Assembly: GCA_964187785.1 (NCBI GenBank)
Contig: OZ076414.1
Span: 30,628,001 to 30,692,000 of the forward strand
Source of the DNA: Amphiscolops sp. MND2022
Lineage: Eukaryota
DNA: 64,000 nucleotides
Direction of reading: 5' to 3'
Shown: in pieces, positions 21,184 through 34,900 of the stretch
How positions within the stretch are numbered: the first letter of the stretch is position 1
How the letters are laid out: every line of letters begins with the position of its first letter
Translations under genes and position numbers: made by a program
Notes under the pieces: generated by a model
The model's database searches: none
What the model was told of the DNA's origin: nothing
Seen by the model: the letters and a program-made list of their open reading frames with translations, nothing else

Positions 21184-24100
21184 CTCTTAAATTCTCTTAA
21201 ATGCGAAAATTGGAAGCATCAATGAACTCTTTCTGAAACGTTTTGATATTCTATCCCCTATCAAGGAAAGGGGAGCCGAATCTTTATCGGAGAATAATCT
21301 TGAATCTAAGTTTTGAATTTCGAAATACGAGTTTTCATCAGATTTATCACAGAGAAATGAAAAAGCCACAAAAATCTCATTTCTTTCTAAAAATGTTCAA
21401 CTGATTTGTCAAGTTAGTTGAACTTTTCAAAAAAGGAGGGCGCCCGCCTAAGGACGCCACGTCTATGATGCATTTTGATAATTATTTGACATGATGTAGT
21501 TTTTTTTGTTTGAAAAACAAGCCCTTACTAGAATGGCATTTTGAATTCTGAGCTACTGAAAAGCTTGTTTATTTCTGGAATGGGATATAGATCCCATCAT
21601 ATACATTTCACAGGGTATAGACCTCGATTGCTTTTAAATGTCCTTCTGCACTTCCCTCTACCTAAGAGCTTGTAAATTGGATCTAATTAGTGCTGCAAAA
21701 AGCTTCCCAGGCCAATTAGGTTGCAAAATCATCTTTGGTTACAAACTTTATGGGTCAAATGAATTATCCGTAATTCACGAGACAAAGAAAGGGACAATTA
21801 GAAAATATCTTTTTGTATTTTGTTTACTCATTTATCCCACTTTACTCATGAGTAATAACTTGCATTATTTTACGTCATTCCTCCCTTGCTATCTAGTCCT
21901 ACTGGCTGACTCACTCCCCTATAGCATCATATGATCCCAATTTCCTCCCTCTTTTAATCCCATCCCTATACCCCTACTGTTCCTGTTTTTTTTCTATCTT
22001 CCTACGTTGCCTCCCCCCTTCCCTCTCTAAGTTGATAGCTCTAGCAAGTCATATGAACGAACAAGTAACTAGGAGCGAACATATGGATAAGACAAAAAGT
22101 GATTGAATGAGTGCTGAAATGTAGACACAGGATAAAAACGTGCCTTGATAATTCAGTCGTATTCATTTGATGATGTCACGCACGGAAAACTGTTCGAATA
22201 TACTCACTCATCGCTCGCCGACAAGCAATTGCTCTTTGTTGTGGTTATTTTTTGTATTTTTTCACGCTTCCTTTTCGCCCTTTGTTTTCTTTACTCACTC
22301 ACTCGGTGGATGAAATGTTTAAACAAAAGTGCAAAAATTTGCAATTGCTACAAGTATATATAAAATTTATACTACTATTTATGCTACAAGTATATATACA
22401 ATTTATTCATTTATCAGGAGACCTTGTAAATGTACTTTCCCAGCATGTGCGTGTTCCAGTAAAACACTTGTAGACCCCCTTGGAACTCTGCTTTTATGCT
22501 GATAAACAGTATTATCTTTCATATAATTGCACATTTTATTAATTCATGCTTTTAATATGAGAATTTGTAATACTAGATAAATGAAATGAATAGATTTATG
22601 CTATTTAATTACAAATTTTGCTGAAATCACACAAAATTCAGTGGTTATTTGTACATGTAGTGAGTTGTAATTTTACTGAAACGTGTTCAGAAACGAGACG
22701 TCGCCGTTCGTAGCACCTCTGAGTTGGCGCGCGAATGACATTTTGTGTGTGACAATTACGACATATCACGTGACCATTACGTAATACTACTCCTGTCACG
22801 TGACTACTTATCAGAGTGAGTAAGTAGTAATTGCGTAATGCACGCAGCGGGGTTGAATCCAGACATGCACGCTTGAAGCTGTTTGAGTTGACTTCTTGAA
22901 AGAACACGCAAACGCGAGCATCAGATGTTTCATGTTGTTTTTGCTCGTATTAGTATAAACATTTTGGTTTTTCAAGCTTTGGCGTGTTTGTAACAAGCTC
23001 AACGTGCCAATGCAACTTCTGAGAAGCCAAACGAGCAAAAACGAATGTTTGCGGCGTGTTTAAATGCCACATCTGGGTTTAATACTTGCAGTTGGTTATC
23101 TGAAACCAACTGCTCACTGAACTCAAAACCAAAGCCTCTTAATTTTACTCCCAATTTTGTAAAAACTGTACAATCAGATGTTTCGTGCGTGCATCTCAAT
23201 ACCAAGATGAAAGATCATGCCTGGTTAAGGTGATTAACTGATATGATTCATTCACGAATATAATTTATTTACAAATGTTTTTTGAGGCTTAACACGAATG
23301 AAGTGGGTTTTTGGAGCAATTCTCATGAAATTACCAAAGTAATTGAGCTTGAGATTTTTGACCATGGCATCGGAAATTTGCGGAGACTTATTTTGAGGTC
23401 ATTCGACTTGATTAGTGAAGCAGAGAGGAAATTCTGACTTGAAACTGCTTCCGTGCTATCGGGTTTCTGAACTCAACTTATCTATCGACTCCCTTCGAAA
23501 ATTCACACCTGTTGGCGCAGACGTACAACAAAGTAGACACGGAAAAGGTTATAAAAGTATTATCTAAGGCCGAAAGAAATAAGCATTTCCCATCACTGAT
23601 TCTGATCCCATGTCTCGAAATAGGGGAGCAACTTAATAACCTTTATGGTCTTGATTTTCTAGAATCTTCGATCATTTTTGAAAACCTACAAACTGAAAGC
23701 CCCGAATCTCGAATTCTGAAAATATCCAATGACGGTTAAACATATCCAATGTAATTTCCGTGTATCTGAGATTCGCAATTTAGTACAATATTCAGTTTAA
23801 GTTATAGCTCGTATGTAGTCTTACTTCTAATGCCTTAGTGATCTAGCATGAGTACTTCTATTGATTAATTCACTTCTGAGGACAATTGTGACTGAGGGTC
23901 GGCAATTTTTCCAAGTTTTCGTTTTTCGGATCTCGCGGGGCGCTGACTTGAGTTTCGCGTCTTATCAGTTGTCACAGTTGTGAAGAAAATGAACTTGAGA
24001 ATTTTTGATCGCAAATGGTGAAGACCATTTCTTTGTAAAAAAGATGTCATGAAAAACTGGGTGACAGAAAAATCCAATGACAGCTCTTTGGCTTCCAAAT

Positions 24101-25705
24101 ATTGTTGTCGAAAAATGGAATTCGACGAAACTACAGAGCTCCAAATTTTAATTGTCAAAAATTTTATCGAGAGTTCAGAACGGAAAGAATGTCAGTATTT
24201 TAAATTTAGGAAAACACAAGTTAGGGAAACTCGCCTGTCGTAATCGTTCTAAAAAACATCGAACACCTCGAGAAGTTCGACAAAGATTTCGACTGAAATT
24301 GTTCAGAAAAGTTTCGAACATAGCTGATGTTTTCAAAAGGGTCATTTTTATGTCTGTTCGTAAATTCTGAAATTTTATGTATGCATGAAACTCACGAACA
24401 GAATAATTTAAATGGCTCTGTTAAAAAATTAGGTCATGTTCCAAACGTTTCTGGATTTGAATGGAAAACTTTTAGGTTGAAGCTGGAGGAAACTTGATTT
24501 TCAGCAACTTTATTGAGACACGATTGGGTTTTCAAGGTACCTAACCTCTAGGGTACCTGACACTAGGGCACCTCTTAACAACATTATGCCAAGTGCAAAA
24601 AAAGTTTTCTTGCATCGCAGCAAATGTAAAACTGCAGTTTTCTCAAAGTGCCTGTTCGTTAAAAAGAAATAAGATTTTGGGTCTAAATGTCAAGTGTTCG
24701 AAGTACCCTTGCAGCTCTGTGGAGTGCACAGGTTCAAAGCTTCCCTGTTACTAATCAGCACCTTGTGTATGTGATTAATATTGTTTCACAATTTCTGTTC
24801 TTTCAAGATGCAACAACAAACAAAAGAGGAAAAGACGTTGTTTGCGAAACACTGCAACTCAGTCAGAGCGTAGGATAAACACGGACGCCAGTCCTGTGAA
24901 ATAACAGACAGAATTCGCGTTGGGGTAAAATCAACTGATACAAATGGAGAAGTTTGATTTGCCAGCGTGTTTTGACGTCTGTCATTCTAATAGGCAGTTG
25001 TTTTGCGGGTTTTAAAGAAAAATAAACGGAGCTCGGAAGTGCCCAAATTCAATCTGACTTCAACTTTCCTGCCATCGAGTTTAATTGCGCAAATTCGCTT
25101 ACAAGTTTAGCCTCTTCGCTAAATTCGAGAGCAGTTTAAGAGTTTCAACTTATCACTTGAGAGTTATTAATTTTCATAACTATTTGCTTTTTTGATGAGT
25201 TATTGAGTTATTGTTTGCACTGCATATATGAACTCATCGTTGGAATTTGGCCTCGGTAAGTTTACACAAGTCAGTTAACGCCAGTTTTGTTTATTCTTCC
25301 AAAATTGGCATGACCTGAAGTTTTCATTTTTGTGAGAGTCTGGATTTCGAACAGAACCCCGCACTTAATAACTCCCTTGTAGAGATTATAACATTCTTCA
25401 CGAAGTTATGGTCAGGGATTAATTTGTCAAATTATATGAACAGCTTTTTGGCTTGAATATTTAAAATAAAGGAAGACAATTCACGAACTTTGAAGATAAG
25501 TTGTCAGAAGATTGTCGGAAAATCGAGCCTGTTTTCGTTTTTTGAAGATATGATCAATTGATTCTAAATTCTTAAATTTCTTGTTCAAATAAAGATCCAC
25601 TTATTAAAAAGCATAAATGGTTAAATTTTTAGTTTTCAACAAGTCTGAACGTGCAAAATTTTTCTCAACGTGCCTGATCCCGTCTGATGTTTACATGTTT
25701 TACAG

Positions 25706-25788
25706 GTTGTGCCTTCCTGACTTACCACGACAACAGCAGTGCACTCAGGGCACAGGAACGACTGCACGAGAAGCGAATCCTACCTGGG
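25706..25788 (+). CDS. CELF3-6: CELF3-6 coding exon 2 (RRM1)
   Basis: TTTTACAG| (G)CAFLTYHDNSSALRAQERLHEKRILPG |GTAAGT; 83 nt, phase 1 to 0. Confidence 0.95.
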
Positions 25789-26381
25789 GTAAGTTCATTT
25801 AGTCACATGCTACTGGCAGGGACATGTAATAGGAAGCAGGGTTATATTCAACATTTTCGGGAATGTTAGCATTTAGTAATGGTGGCATTATACCACTGCT
25901 ATACTACGTGTACTGGTACTGTACTATCTATAAAGCATTTGCTGAGTTATGGACTCTTTGTTTAAATCTCGGAAACGAGGAATCTAGGAAATTTGTTGAA
26001 AACAACGGGTCGAGAATACTAGGCGGAAAGCTCGTCGGAAGAACAGAAAATCTCAAATAAATGCTGACTTTGGGATCGTACTGTTACGTTCTAAATTATT
26101 ACGAAGTATTACACTGTAAACTGTAAAAGTGAAATATTTCAAGCTATAACTAAAAAAAAGCTATATTATGCATAAAACTGAAAATTTCACGCATCAATCA
26201 AGAAAAATTAATCCATAATTAGCACTGGGTAGTCCCTGTGGGTAATCTAAATATTCGAGTGTAATTATTCGAGACTCAATTATTTTTCGACGAGTTGATT
26301 TCGACCAGTTTTCCGCCCTTCAATTTCGATGAGTTGTTTTCGACGAGTTTTCCGCATACCGGAGACATACATTCTTCCATA

Positions 26382-27764
26382 CAGAGTTGGCAGATTATAA
26401 TCATGTGATTATAATCAACGATTATAATCAACGATTATAATCACGATTACATCAACGTAATAAAATCAAGCTTTGCGATTTTAACATTACAGGCCAATGG
26501 GCTTCGAGAACGTTAACATTTGCAGGTCAATTTTATCGTGTTCGCGGTCAACAGCTTCCTTGGAGCGTTTATTCAGCACTTTTGGATGGGTCCATACGAA
26601 AGAGAGAAACCGTCTCGGCAAAGAAAAGGCTGCAAAACTTGTTTTTTTTTGTGTAAAAATTCTGAACTGATTTGCTCGAAATTTAAGTTTTTGACCATTT
26701 TTTTCTATGTTTCTCATTTAATCTGATTATATTCAACAAGACGCCCGCGGACCAGCGGGATATTTTCCGCCCCAAATCTCTTCGAAAAAGACTACTGGAC
26801 AACCAATTTGTTCCTTGTTGACTCTTTTCAACGTTCCAATCTACGAAGTCTGTCGAAAATTTGACAAAAATTGCATTAAAAAAATTGCATAAAATTGTAT
26901 GAAAATTGGAAAATTTTGGGTTTTTTGTCATTTTCGGTTTCAATTTGATATATTTTTCATTTAGAAAACAGTCATTATCTCTTCGGAAAAGCATACTGGA
27001 CAACGAATTCCTGCCATTCCTGTCACGTTAAGCGTTTTCAACATTCTAATCCACGAAGTCTATCGAAAATTTGACAAAAATTGCATAAAAACGTTAAAAA
27101 TCGAAAAAATTTGGAATTTTTAAATCATTTTTTTGGTAATTTTTCTTTTAAAAAACCGCACTTATCTCTTCAGAATACTATTGGACAACGAATTCGTGCC
27201 TTGTTGAACGTTTTCAACATTCTAATCCACGATGTTTATCGAAAAAATGACAAAAATTGCATTAAAACGTTAAAAGTCGAAAAATTTTGGAATTTTTGTC
27301 TTTTTTGGTAATTTTTCTTTTAAAAAACCGCATTTATCTCTTCAGAATACTATTGGACAACGAATTCGTGCCTTGTTGAACGTTTTCAACATTCTAATCG
27401 ACGATGATTATCGAAAAAATGGCAAAAAATGCATGAAAACGGTGAAAATTGGGAAAGTTTTGAATTTTTGTCATTTTCGGGGTCATTTTTGGGTCATTAT
27501 GGGGTCATTTCCGTCATTCCCAAAAAAGTGCAAAAATCTTTACAAATACATATCGCATGGAACTAAATTTATGTCAGTTGAATTCTGTGAATGTACTTCT
27601 TCATATTACGTAAACAATAATTCTTGGCAAATTTTGTAAAAAAAACCCGTTTGATTTAAATATTTTCCTTTCCCATATGAAATATGGGCGGAAAATAATA
27701 ATCCGTGATTATAATCATGATTATGAATTTGATCGCGATTTGATCCAAAAAATTGCCAACCCTG
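26382..27764. mobile_element. Non-autonomous hAT-type element (1,383 bp) in CELF intron 2
   Basis: TIR CAGAGTTGGCA / TGCCAACCCTG (10/11). 8-bp flanks CTTCCATA / CTTCCAAA (7/8 TSD). Subterminal palindromic GATTATAATC repeats at both ends. Confidence 0.85.
26770..27480. repeat. Internal tandem repeat, about 4 units of ~170-200 nt, inside the hAT-type element
   Basis: Recurring TATCTCTTC...TGGACAACGAATTC...TTTTCAACATTCTAATCCACGA...GACAAAAATTGCAT at ~26776, 26976, 27162 and 27332. Confidence 0.85.
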
Positions 27765-27775
27765 CTTCCAAAGTT

Positions 27776-28536
27776 AACAAGCCGGGACCGGCCCAAGTTT
27801 GCTGAAGATGCAAAGGACACTGTTTTTCAACTTTTATCAATTTCTCAGTGCCGAGAAATACCTCAAAGGATAAGCAATAAGACTCCGGAAACCACAGTTT
27901 CCCCAACTGGAAACACATATCCATTTTTCGAAAAGTATTAAAAATTTTTTTCCGTAAACGTCTCATAGTGCCGAAAAATGAACTTTCAGCTCACAAAGCT
28001 ACCTTTTCTCAAGCTGAAATCATCTATGAAACCGGAAGGGTACCCTTTGACCAAATGAAAGTTTCGGAAAAAGACGCACAAAGCCAAAAAGCCTGAACAA
28101 ATTATGACAAAGCATAGAGAATAAAACAGCTGTTCGGTTAAGTTTATTCTTTTTCGAAAGAATAGAGTCTCTCAACAACGGAGAAAATCCAAAGGGGGAC
28201 CCTTTGGCTACAAATGATTTTGTATCAACTCTAACTATCCTTAATATCAAATAGTTGGACCTTTTGTAACATTGAAAAATTCTCGAAGAAACGTTATATC
28301 CGATATACGTTATATCGGAATTCTTTATATCCGATTTGCGTTAAATCCGGTATGGATTGCGTTATTGTCGAAGGGGACTTCGTTACTGTTCAAAGGTAGT
28401 ATGTAGATGACCAAAAGAGACTTTGCCAAAGTTGAACAACTTTTGGTAGAACTATTTTGGACAGTTGGGTGTATCAAAAAAACTGACGAAAAGCCATGAC
28501 TATAGTCGCTCTTTTCTAAAAAGCGACGACTAAAAA
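27776..28536 (-). mobile_element. HINE/Helentron-like non-autonomous element
   Basis: 3' end AACAAGCCGGGACCGGCCCAAG at 27776; 5' hairpin end TAGTCGCTCTTTTCTAAAAAGCGACGACTAAAAA at ~28503-28536. Confidence 0.6.
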
Positions 28537-29799
28537 TTAGACATAACTTAGGGATTTCCCCCTTTTCGATTTAAAAGATGTCTGCTGTTTCATGAATGCA
28601 TTTAACTTAAAATTCAAAAATGTCTGTCCATGTCCAGCTTGAAAGAAACTTATCTTGCTAAGATTCCACCAACACCTAAGCAACCCCTTCCCCGACTTTC
28701 CAGTAACGGATATGCCCCCTTTTCCACTTTGGCCATGTAACTTACCCGTCTGACTTCCTTTGAAAAAACGCAATACTCAACTCTTTTAACAACCCCCCCT
28801 CCCCCAAAGATTGGCAAGGGGCGGTTTCTCAACTTTTTACTCGCGGGTTCCATTGGGAACTTCATTCAAATTGAAGGAACACTATTTATTCACCACTCAA
28901 TTTGTAAATCTTACAAAAGGCGACATTTTGAGCCATCTTAATCCTCCAATTTCCCGAACGCACTACAGTTGCTGGTTCCTTTGGCTGTTGCGTAATTGTG
29001 TTGTTAAGTAGGTCTTTGTCTCTTGAAACCGGAAGCCAGTGTCGCAGTTCATTTCCGCCACGTGTCATTCACACACAACGTGCCTTCCAAGTGACGCGTG
29101 TCACGGAAGTGTGATCAAAACGTGCCCGTGTCACTATTAGTGCCTAATTGGAACAAAGAGCATCGTGAACCGTTCCTCTTAGCTATGAATGATGTTTTGA
29201 AGCATGCTTTGGCAATCTATCATCTTGTTACTTTTGGCCCATATTTCCATTTGGGAAAGAAAAATTAAGTCAGCCGCGTTTTTTTAAATGTTCCAACTTT
29301 AACCGAAGTTATAGAGGTTGGTTGGTACACAGAATTCAATTGCGCCAAGTTTAGATTCTTAGCATAAGGGTACGTAAAAATTTTTGATTTTATTTTTGGA
29401 AAATGCTTTCAGAATGTGCCCCAAATACGAATCCAAAATACCTGGAAATTGATTTTTTTTAATTTTCCCTTTCCAGCCAATTTTTATTAGAACATTCTCA
29501 GACATTGTTCTAAGCTAATACAACTAGCTAACTATCCCGTGCATTATTTGAAGAGCAATAATAATTTTTGTTGAAATAGTGCCTAGAATTAAATGACCTC
29601 TAAAAATACAAAAATTCCTATTTTTGACCAATTAGTCACGTTTTACTACTGTTTTTAAATGTTTCCGCTTATTAGAATATCCACGAACTTCAAGTACAGA
29701 AAATTAGCTATCCAGTATCATTTTTGGAAAGTCGAAAGTTTTTTATTCGAAAATTTCAAATATACTAATATACGCTTTTTCAAGCCAAAATTCTCTTGA

Positions 29800-30335
29800 A
29801 AAGGGGGAGCCTTTTGATCAAATAATTTTGATCGGAAAAAATTCACTACTGCATAGTGTCGAAAAAACTTTTTCACAGGTATCTCGGAAAACAGTTTTCT
29901 TTGACAGAAAACTACAAAAAATCAAAGAATATATGAAATTTTTCTCGATTTTTTTTTCAATTTTTGGTTTCATAATTTTTTGGTTTCAATGTCCCATTGT
30001 GCCGAAAGAACCTACGGTGGCCCTCTATGCTCGCCAAGCGATTTGTTTTTACTAAAAATCAAGGGAGCTTTTCGGTTTTAAAAACTTTGGGTTGGGGGAA
30101 AAGTAGCATTTTGACGAAAAAACCCAGTGGTATCGTCTCTACTTTTGCAAGTGCCTCCCTACCCACGTACTCCTGCTGCTTCTCAGACCTTGTCTTCAGA
30201 AAATCCGAGTTAACCCCTTGCCCAAGTGGCAGTTAGAAGTCACTAAAATCTGTATTAATTATTAAGTCTGTCACTTCGCATCTCTTAGAAAAGCCACTGC
30301 TATAGTCGGCTTTTTCTTCGTGAGCCCTGACTGAA
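29800..30335 (-). mobile_element. Degenerate HINE-like element (same subfamily as 16334 and 53600)
   Basis: The reverse complement contains GCCGACTATAGCAGTGGCTTTT...ACTTCTAACTGCCACTT...CTTGCAAAAGTA shared with the other copies. Boundaries approximate. Confidence 0.45.
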
Positions 30336-31318
30336 AAAGCGACCACTGGCCACTTTCTTCAGAGTTTTCCAATCAGGTGTTAGCGGCACATCACCAAATG
30401 GTCTCTACCGAGGCTAATAGTTCCTTGCCACGATTTGTTAGCAGTTTTGACTGTCAAAGGTCTAAAATACATGCAATGGGCGTTCAATGGCGTTGAATGT
30501 TTCACTCTCGAAAACTAAAAATTGTCGGCGATCGAGGACGAAGTAACAAACGAGGTTAATAAATATATAAGATGGAACTGTGAAAAGGATCATCAGTAGA
30601 TCACCAAATTACAGTGCAGACGATTTCGGTGGATAGTTATTTCAAACGAGAATGTTTAATTGAATAGAAAATTTGACAAATTTCACAAGTAAAGCGTTTT
30701 GACCCGAATTACAAGGATGTTTGGAATTAAATTTTAAATAGACGAAAGCTCCGGAATTTGTGACAATTTTGGCTAGTCATTTTTGTCGGCGCCTTATGAT
30801 TAAAAACCGCGACTGTTATATAGACTTTCCGTCGTGTTTTTTTTCAATCTGTTCGAAGTGACCATTTTCATGCTAAAAATTGACAAATTGCTCCCCGAAT
30901 GGTTCCCCATTCCTATTTTCACATACCTAATATGATCGAATGAGTTTTTCCTCAAAACCTAATAGGTTATTTTGGAAATTATTACCTTTCGAAAAATCAT
31001 TTTTGAAAAGGGTCCCGCGCCCCTCTTTAGTTTTTGGACATTTTCGGATAGGAAATAGCGTTTTCAAGCCCAAAAGGTTCGTCGCTTGGTTATTTCGGGA
31101 CTGCAATTTATTGAAAAATTTCCATTTCACAAAATTTTTGCTTTGGTTTCATACTTGTGGGAAAAGAAGAAGAAGAGCTTTGGTTTTCGACGTTTCTGCC
31201 CAGAATGATAACAAAAACGCTTTGAAGCTCAAAGGGTCCCCCTTTGTTTTTTTTCGGTACTGTGAAATTGGGAATTTATTCAAAAGAGAATCCTCGACGT
31301 TTTGAAGTACTTTAGCTC

Positions 31319-31920
31319 TTTTTAGTCGGCGCTTTTCTAGTAAAAAGTGCCCGATTATTACAGTCGCTAGTTTTTTTTTTTCGTCAGACCAAATAGCTCA
31401 CCCTGTATGTACCACTTTTTGTGCATTATGCACTTTTCCCAAAAGTACTCAGTACTTGATTTTGAACGCATCCAAAAGCCTCTAACTTGAAATACAAAAC
31501 CCAGAAGGGTCCTCCCTTTCCAATTTTTTTTGGCACTATGACACTTTCCCCGCCCCTTTTCGGCTTTGTGAGACTTTTTTTCGAATTTTTTTGTCTCCAA
31601 AGGGTCCCCCTTCATTTTTTTGATAAACTGGGTGGATATTGAAAAAGCCCAAAGGCCCCTTTTACATTTTTTCGGCACTATCAGATTGTTCAAAATTCTC
31701 ATTTTTCGTTTTAAAAGTTTTTTAATGTCTTCAAAAAGTCCCTTCAATTTTTTTTGGCAATTTTGCAACAACTGGATTTTCAAAAAGCCCAAAGGGTCCA
31801 CCCTTTTACAATTTTAAAAACTTTGCGCTTTTTGTAGCCTTGGATATAGCGCCGACTTTAGACTTTCCCGTCTTGTTGAGCCCTAAACAGGGCGCTGATT
31901 TACGCCGTTCCCGGCTTGTT
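31319..31920 (+). mobile_element. HINE/Helentron-like element with two tandem 3' ends
   Basis: 5' TTTTTAGTCGGCGCTTTT...AAAAAGTGCCCGAT. AAAGGGTCCCC central repeats. First 3' end GCGCCGACTTTAGACTTTCCCGTCTTGTT (to 31877), second ...GCCGTTCCCGGCTTGTT (to 31920). Confidence 0.75.
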
Positions 31921-34900
31921 AATAATTTCATTACAGTAGCCAACTATAGCAAAAAATGGTAGAATTATGCTTTGTTTGCTCAATAAAAATCTTTGTGTAA
32001 TTTTGCATCCGGTTCAAACTTTGATAAGTAAAAGTTTGCAAGCTTTTGCAGCTCAATAATTTTTCAGAGTGACATACGGCAAGCTGAGAAATAAACTCGG
32101 CCATGAAAAAGCGGGACAACTTGCATTTTGCTACAATTGTTGCTTTATCTGTCAAAAATGTAATAAAAAAAGTGTAACTTTCTTCGACAAAAATTGAAGT
32201 TTTTTAAATAAATGGGTTTTCCCTAGGAAAAATAAAAAACATAAAAAACTGTTTGTTTGTTTTTTACGATAAAAAACTTCAAATCGACCAACCCTGACGC
32301 CAACAAAATGCTATGAATTAAAGTGTTTTAGGAAAGGTATAAAAGTACTTTAGTACAATAAATTATGTATAAATAGTTTTCAATGTGTGTGAATGGGAGA
32401 TGGAGGAAAAAGAGCCCAAAAAATCTTGTTCAAGGCTTCCTTGTGATTGCAGAAAACATAAATTAAGACATTACAGGAATGTCATACTGCAGTCAATTCT
32501 GTTTTTAATACCCCCAGACACCGGAATGTGGATGATTCATACCTGTGTGAAAAACGTCATCTTGTATACAATAATCTCATTCAGATTGGGGAATTTTTCC
32601 AATGACCTGATACACATGAAGACTTGCGTATAATTCCGCGACCGTTGACTTGTTTTTGGGCTGAGCCACTTTTATTGGGGTGAATGAAAACCGCGCAAGG
32701 TGTCATTTTTTTATTTATTGATCCTAGAACATGCCTACACATTCCTGCATGTTAGAAGTTCATCTGTCTTTTGAGGTTGGAAGCGTCCGAGCCATAAAGA
32801 TCATTTGGCGTGAAAAACCCAATTGTTAGCTGTACGTGCTTTATGATTTCCTCATCCGAAACCGCTTTAATCTTCGGTCAAGAAAATCGCTGACGTTCTC
32901 GAGTAGTAACTGTGTGTATGTAATAAAATCATAAGCATCGCCACCGTAAAAAATGTAGTTGCTTGCTAAGTATTAAGGATTGTCGACAGTATGATTGTGT
33001 TGCGTTGCGTGCCATGCATGAAAATGGGTGGTGCCCTTATATGGAAGAGGCATGATTCGGAAGGTTAGAATGGTGGTATTCTTTGTTAGAAGAGGACCTG
33101 TTATCCAGCTTTCAACATGTATGAATTTGATGCATGAACAAGAAGGTTAAGATATAAAATGGATGTGCTTAAATCCTGAGAGAGCTATTGGAGCCTCGGA
33201 CTCATGAAAATTTATATGAATCTTCATTATATAAAATAAAATGTATAAAATAAAATAGAAGTGTTAACACCTTAAATGGTCAATGCAAAATTACAATTAA
33301 ATGGAAACTCTAGCTACAATTTTGTATCCACTTATAGAATTTCATAAAACACTCGTGTCAATTTTTTTGTGGGTATTTAAAACCAAATTCCGGCATTATG
33401 GGCTCAAGTATCTTCACGAATTTTCATCCTTCCTTTGATTGAAATAACCGGTAGTCAGTTGAAATACACCGAGGAATCAGAGGTTTGAAAAATCTAGGGC
33501 AATTTTTGCAAAAAAATGCCTCCTTTGCAAATGCAAACGTCAGTCAGGGTTTTGATGGCTTTCACCGTCAATAATTGATATAGATGCTGCATTTTTTATC
33601 AAAATACACCCTGATAAGAATTTGTGTAGTTTTTCTGTAAACGATCTTTTTCCCGTAAAATACGCTGCAATGTGTAGCGTTATTCGATATACATTACTAT
33701 GATTCTATGTAAAATTGTACCTTGTTTGTACAAAAGAACCTTTAACGCTCGCGCATTGTTGAAATATTGGCAGAAAGAAATCTCAATCTAACACCAAACC
33801 GTTTGTTGAAAAAATCGGGAAGCGTTATTCTTTGCTCATGCTTACAGCTCATACTTGCAGCCTCGTTGTGAAAAACGGGAATAAAAGAAAAAAGGAAAAA
33901 ACCCACACTTTTTGAAATTGCTGTCGTTTGATAAAAACAGAAACGAAAATTCGCTTTCTTGTGGAAGAACGCGGTGCAATTGAGCGCGTGCCTGCAGCGT
34001 TTAAGAATGCGTTGAAAAATATAAAGTACACTTAATTTAAGTGGTCCTCGAGGGAAACTGTGATAAACATAAGCAGGTATAAATCCAAAATTTATATCAA
34101 TTCTCCATTACTCCCCTATTAGTGCATCATACTGACACTCCACGCTCGCTGCCCTGTTAGAATCTGCAACCTCTCGAAAAAATAAAGGACACAACATTCA
34201 GGCTTATCAGGTTGCGTGGTTTTTTATTCATTACAGCAAAATTCGATTCACCGCGTGGTTGTTGCATTGCTTACACCCAAATTTACAATAAGGGGGAATA
34301 CCTCCCGCTTATTTTAGAAATTCTCTTTATAACTTCATTATTACATTAATCCTTGTGAGGAAATTTTGGTTGAAAATCATCAACTTGATTTTGCGACTGA
34401 GATTTGGGTAGCAAATCTCAAAGATTTGGTCTGTCATCAATTAAATTGTGCTGGGGTTTTTTCACGCCATGTTGGCTTCAAAAATTGGCATCGAATCCCC
34501 TTAGCATTTGAGCTGGATCTTGTTTTGATTAAATCGCGCGGATAAGTACCGGAAACAAGTTTCCAATTTCCGATTTAATCAGAGTACTTTTTCAAGCAAT
34601 TTGCCAAAGCAGTAAAGGAGCCGGACGACGTGCTTATCACGTTTTGATCACGCGCGGCGTGAGAAAATTCAGCAATTGCTGTTGAATACAAATTGAGGAA
34701 AAATTGGGAATTGATGGATGAAACAGATCCACTTCGATGTATGCACGGACCGCGGGAATGATTCCATTGAGCCGTTGTTTTGATGCACGCTGAGAATAAG
34801 CATTATTTTAATTGAATTACTGGGATTTCGCCTTTAATGCGTCCTCCAAAAAATTGAATTTGGTCAACGTGAAGAGAATGTGGGGAAAAACGCCCTGGTA

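Noticed and set aside
28290-28360. TTATATCCGA repeats (also ~40770-40800) reminiscent of Tigger/pogo MITE termini
   Set aside because: No complete TIR pair or TA TSD could be delimited.
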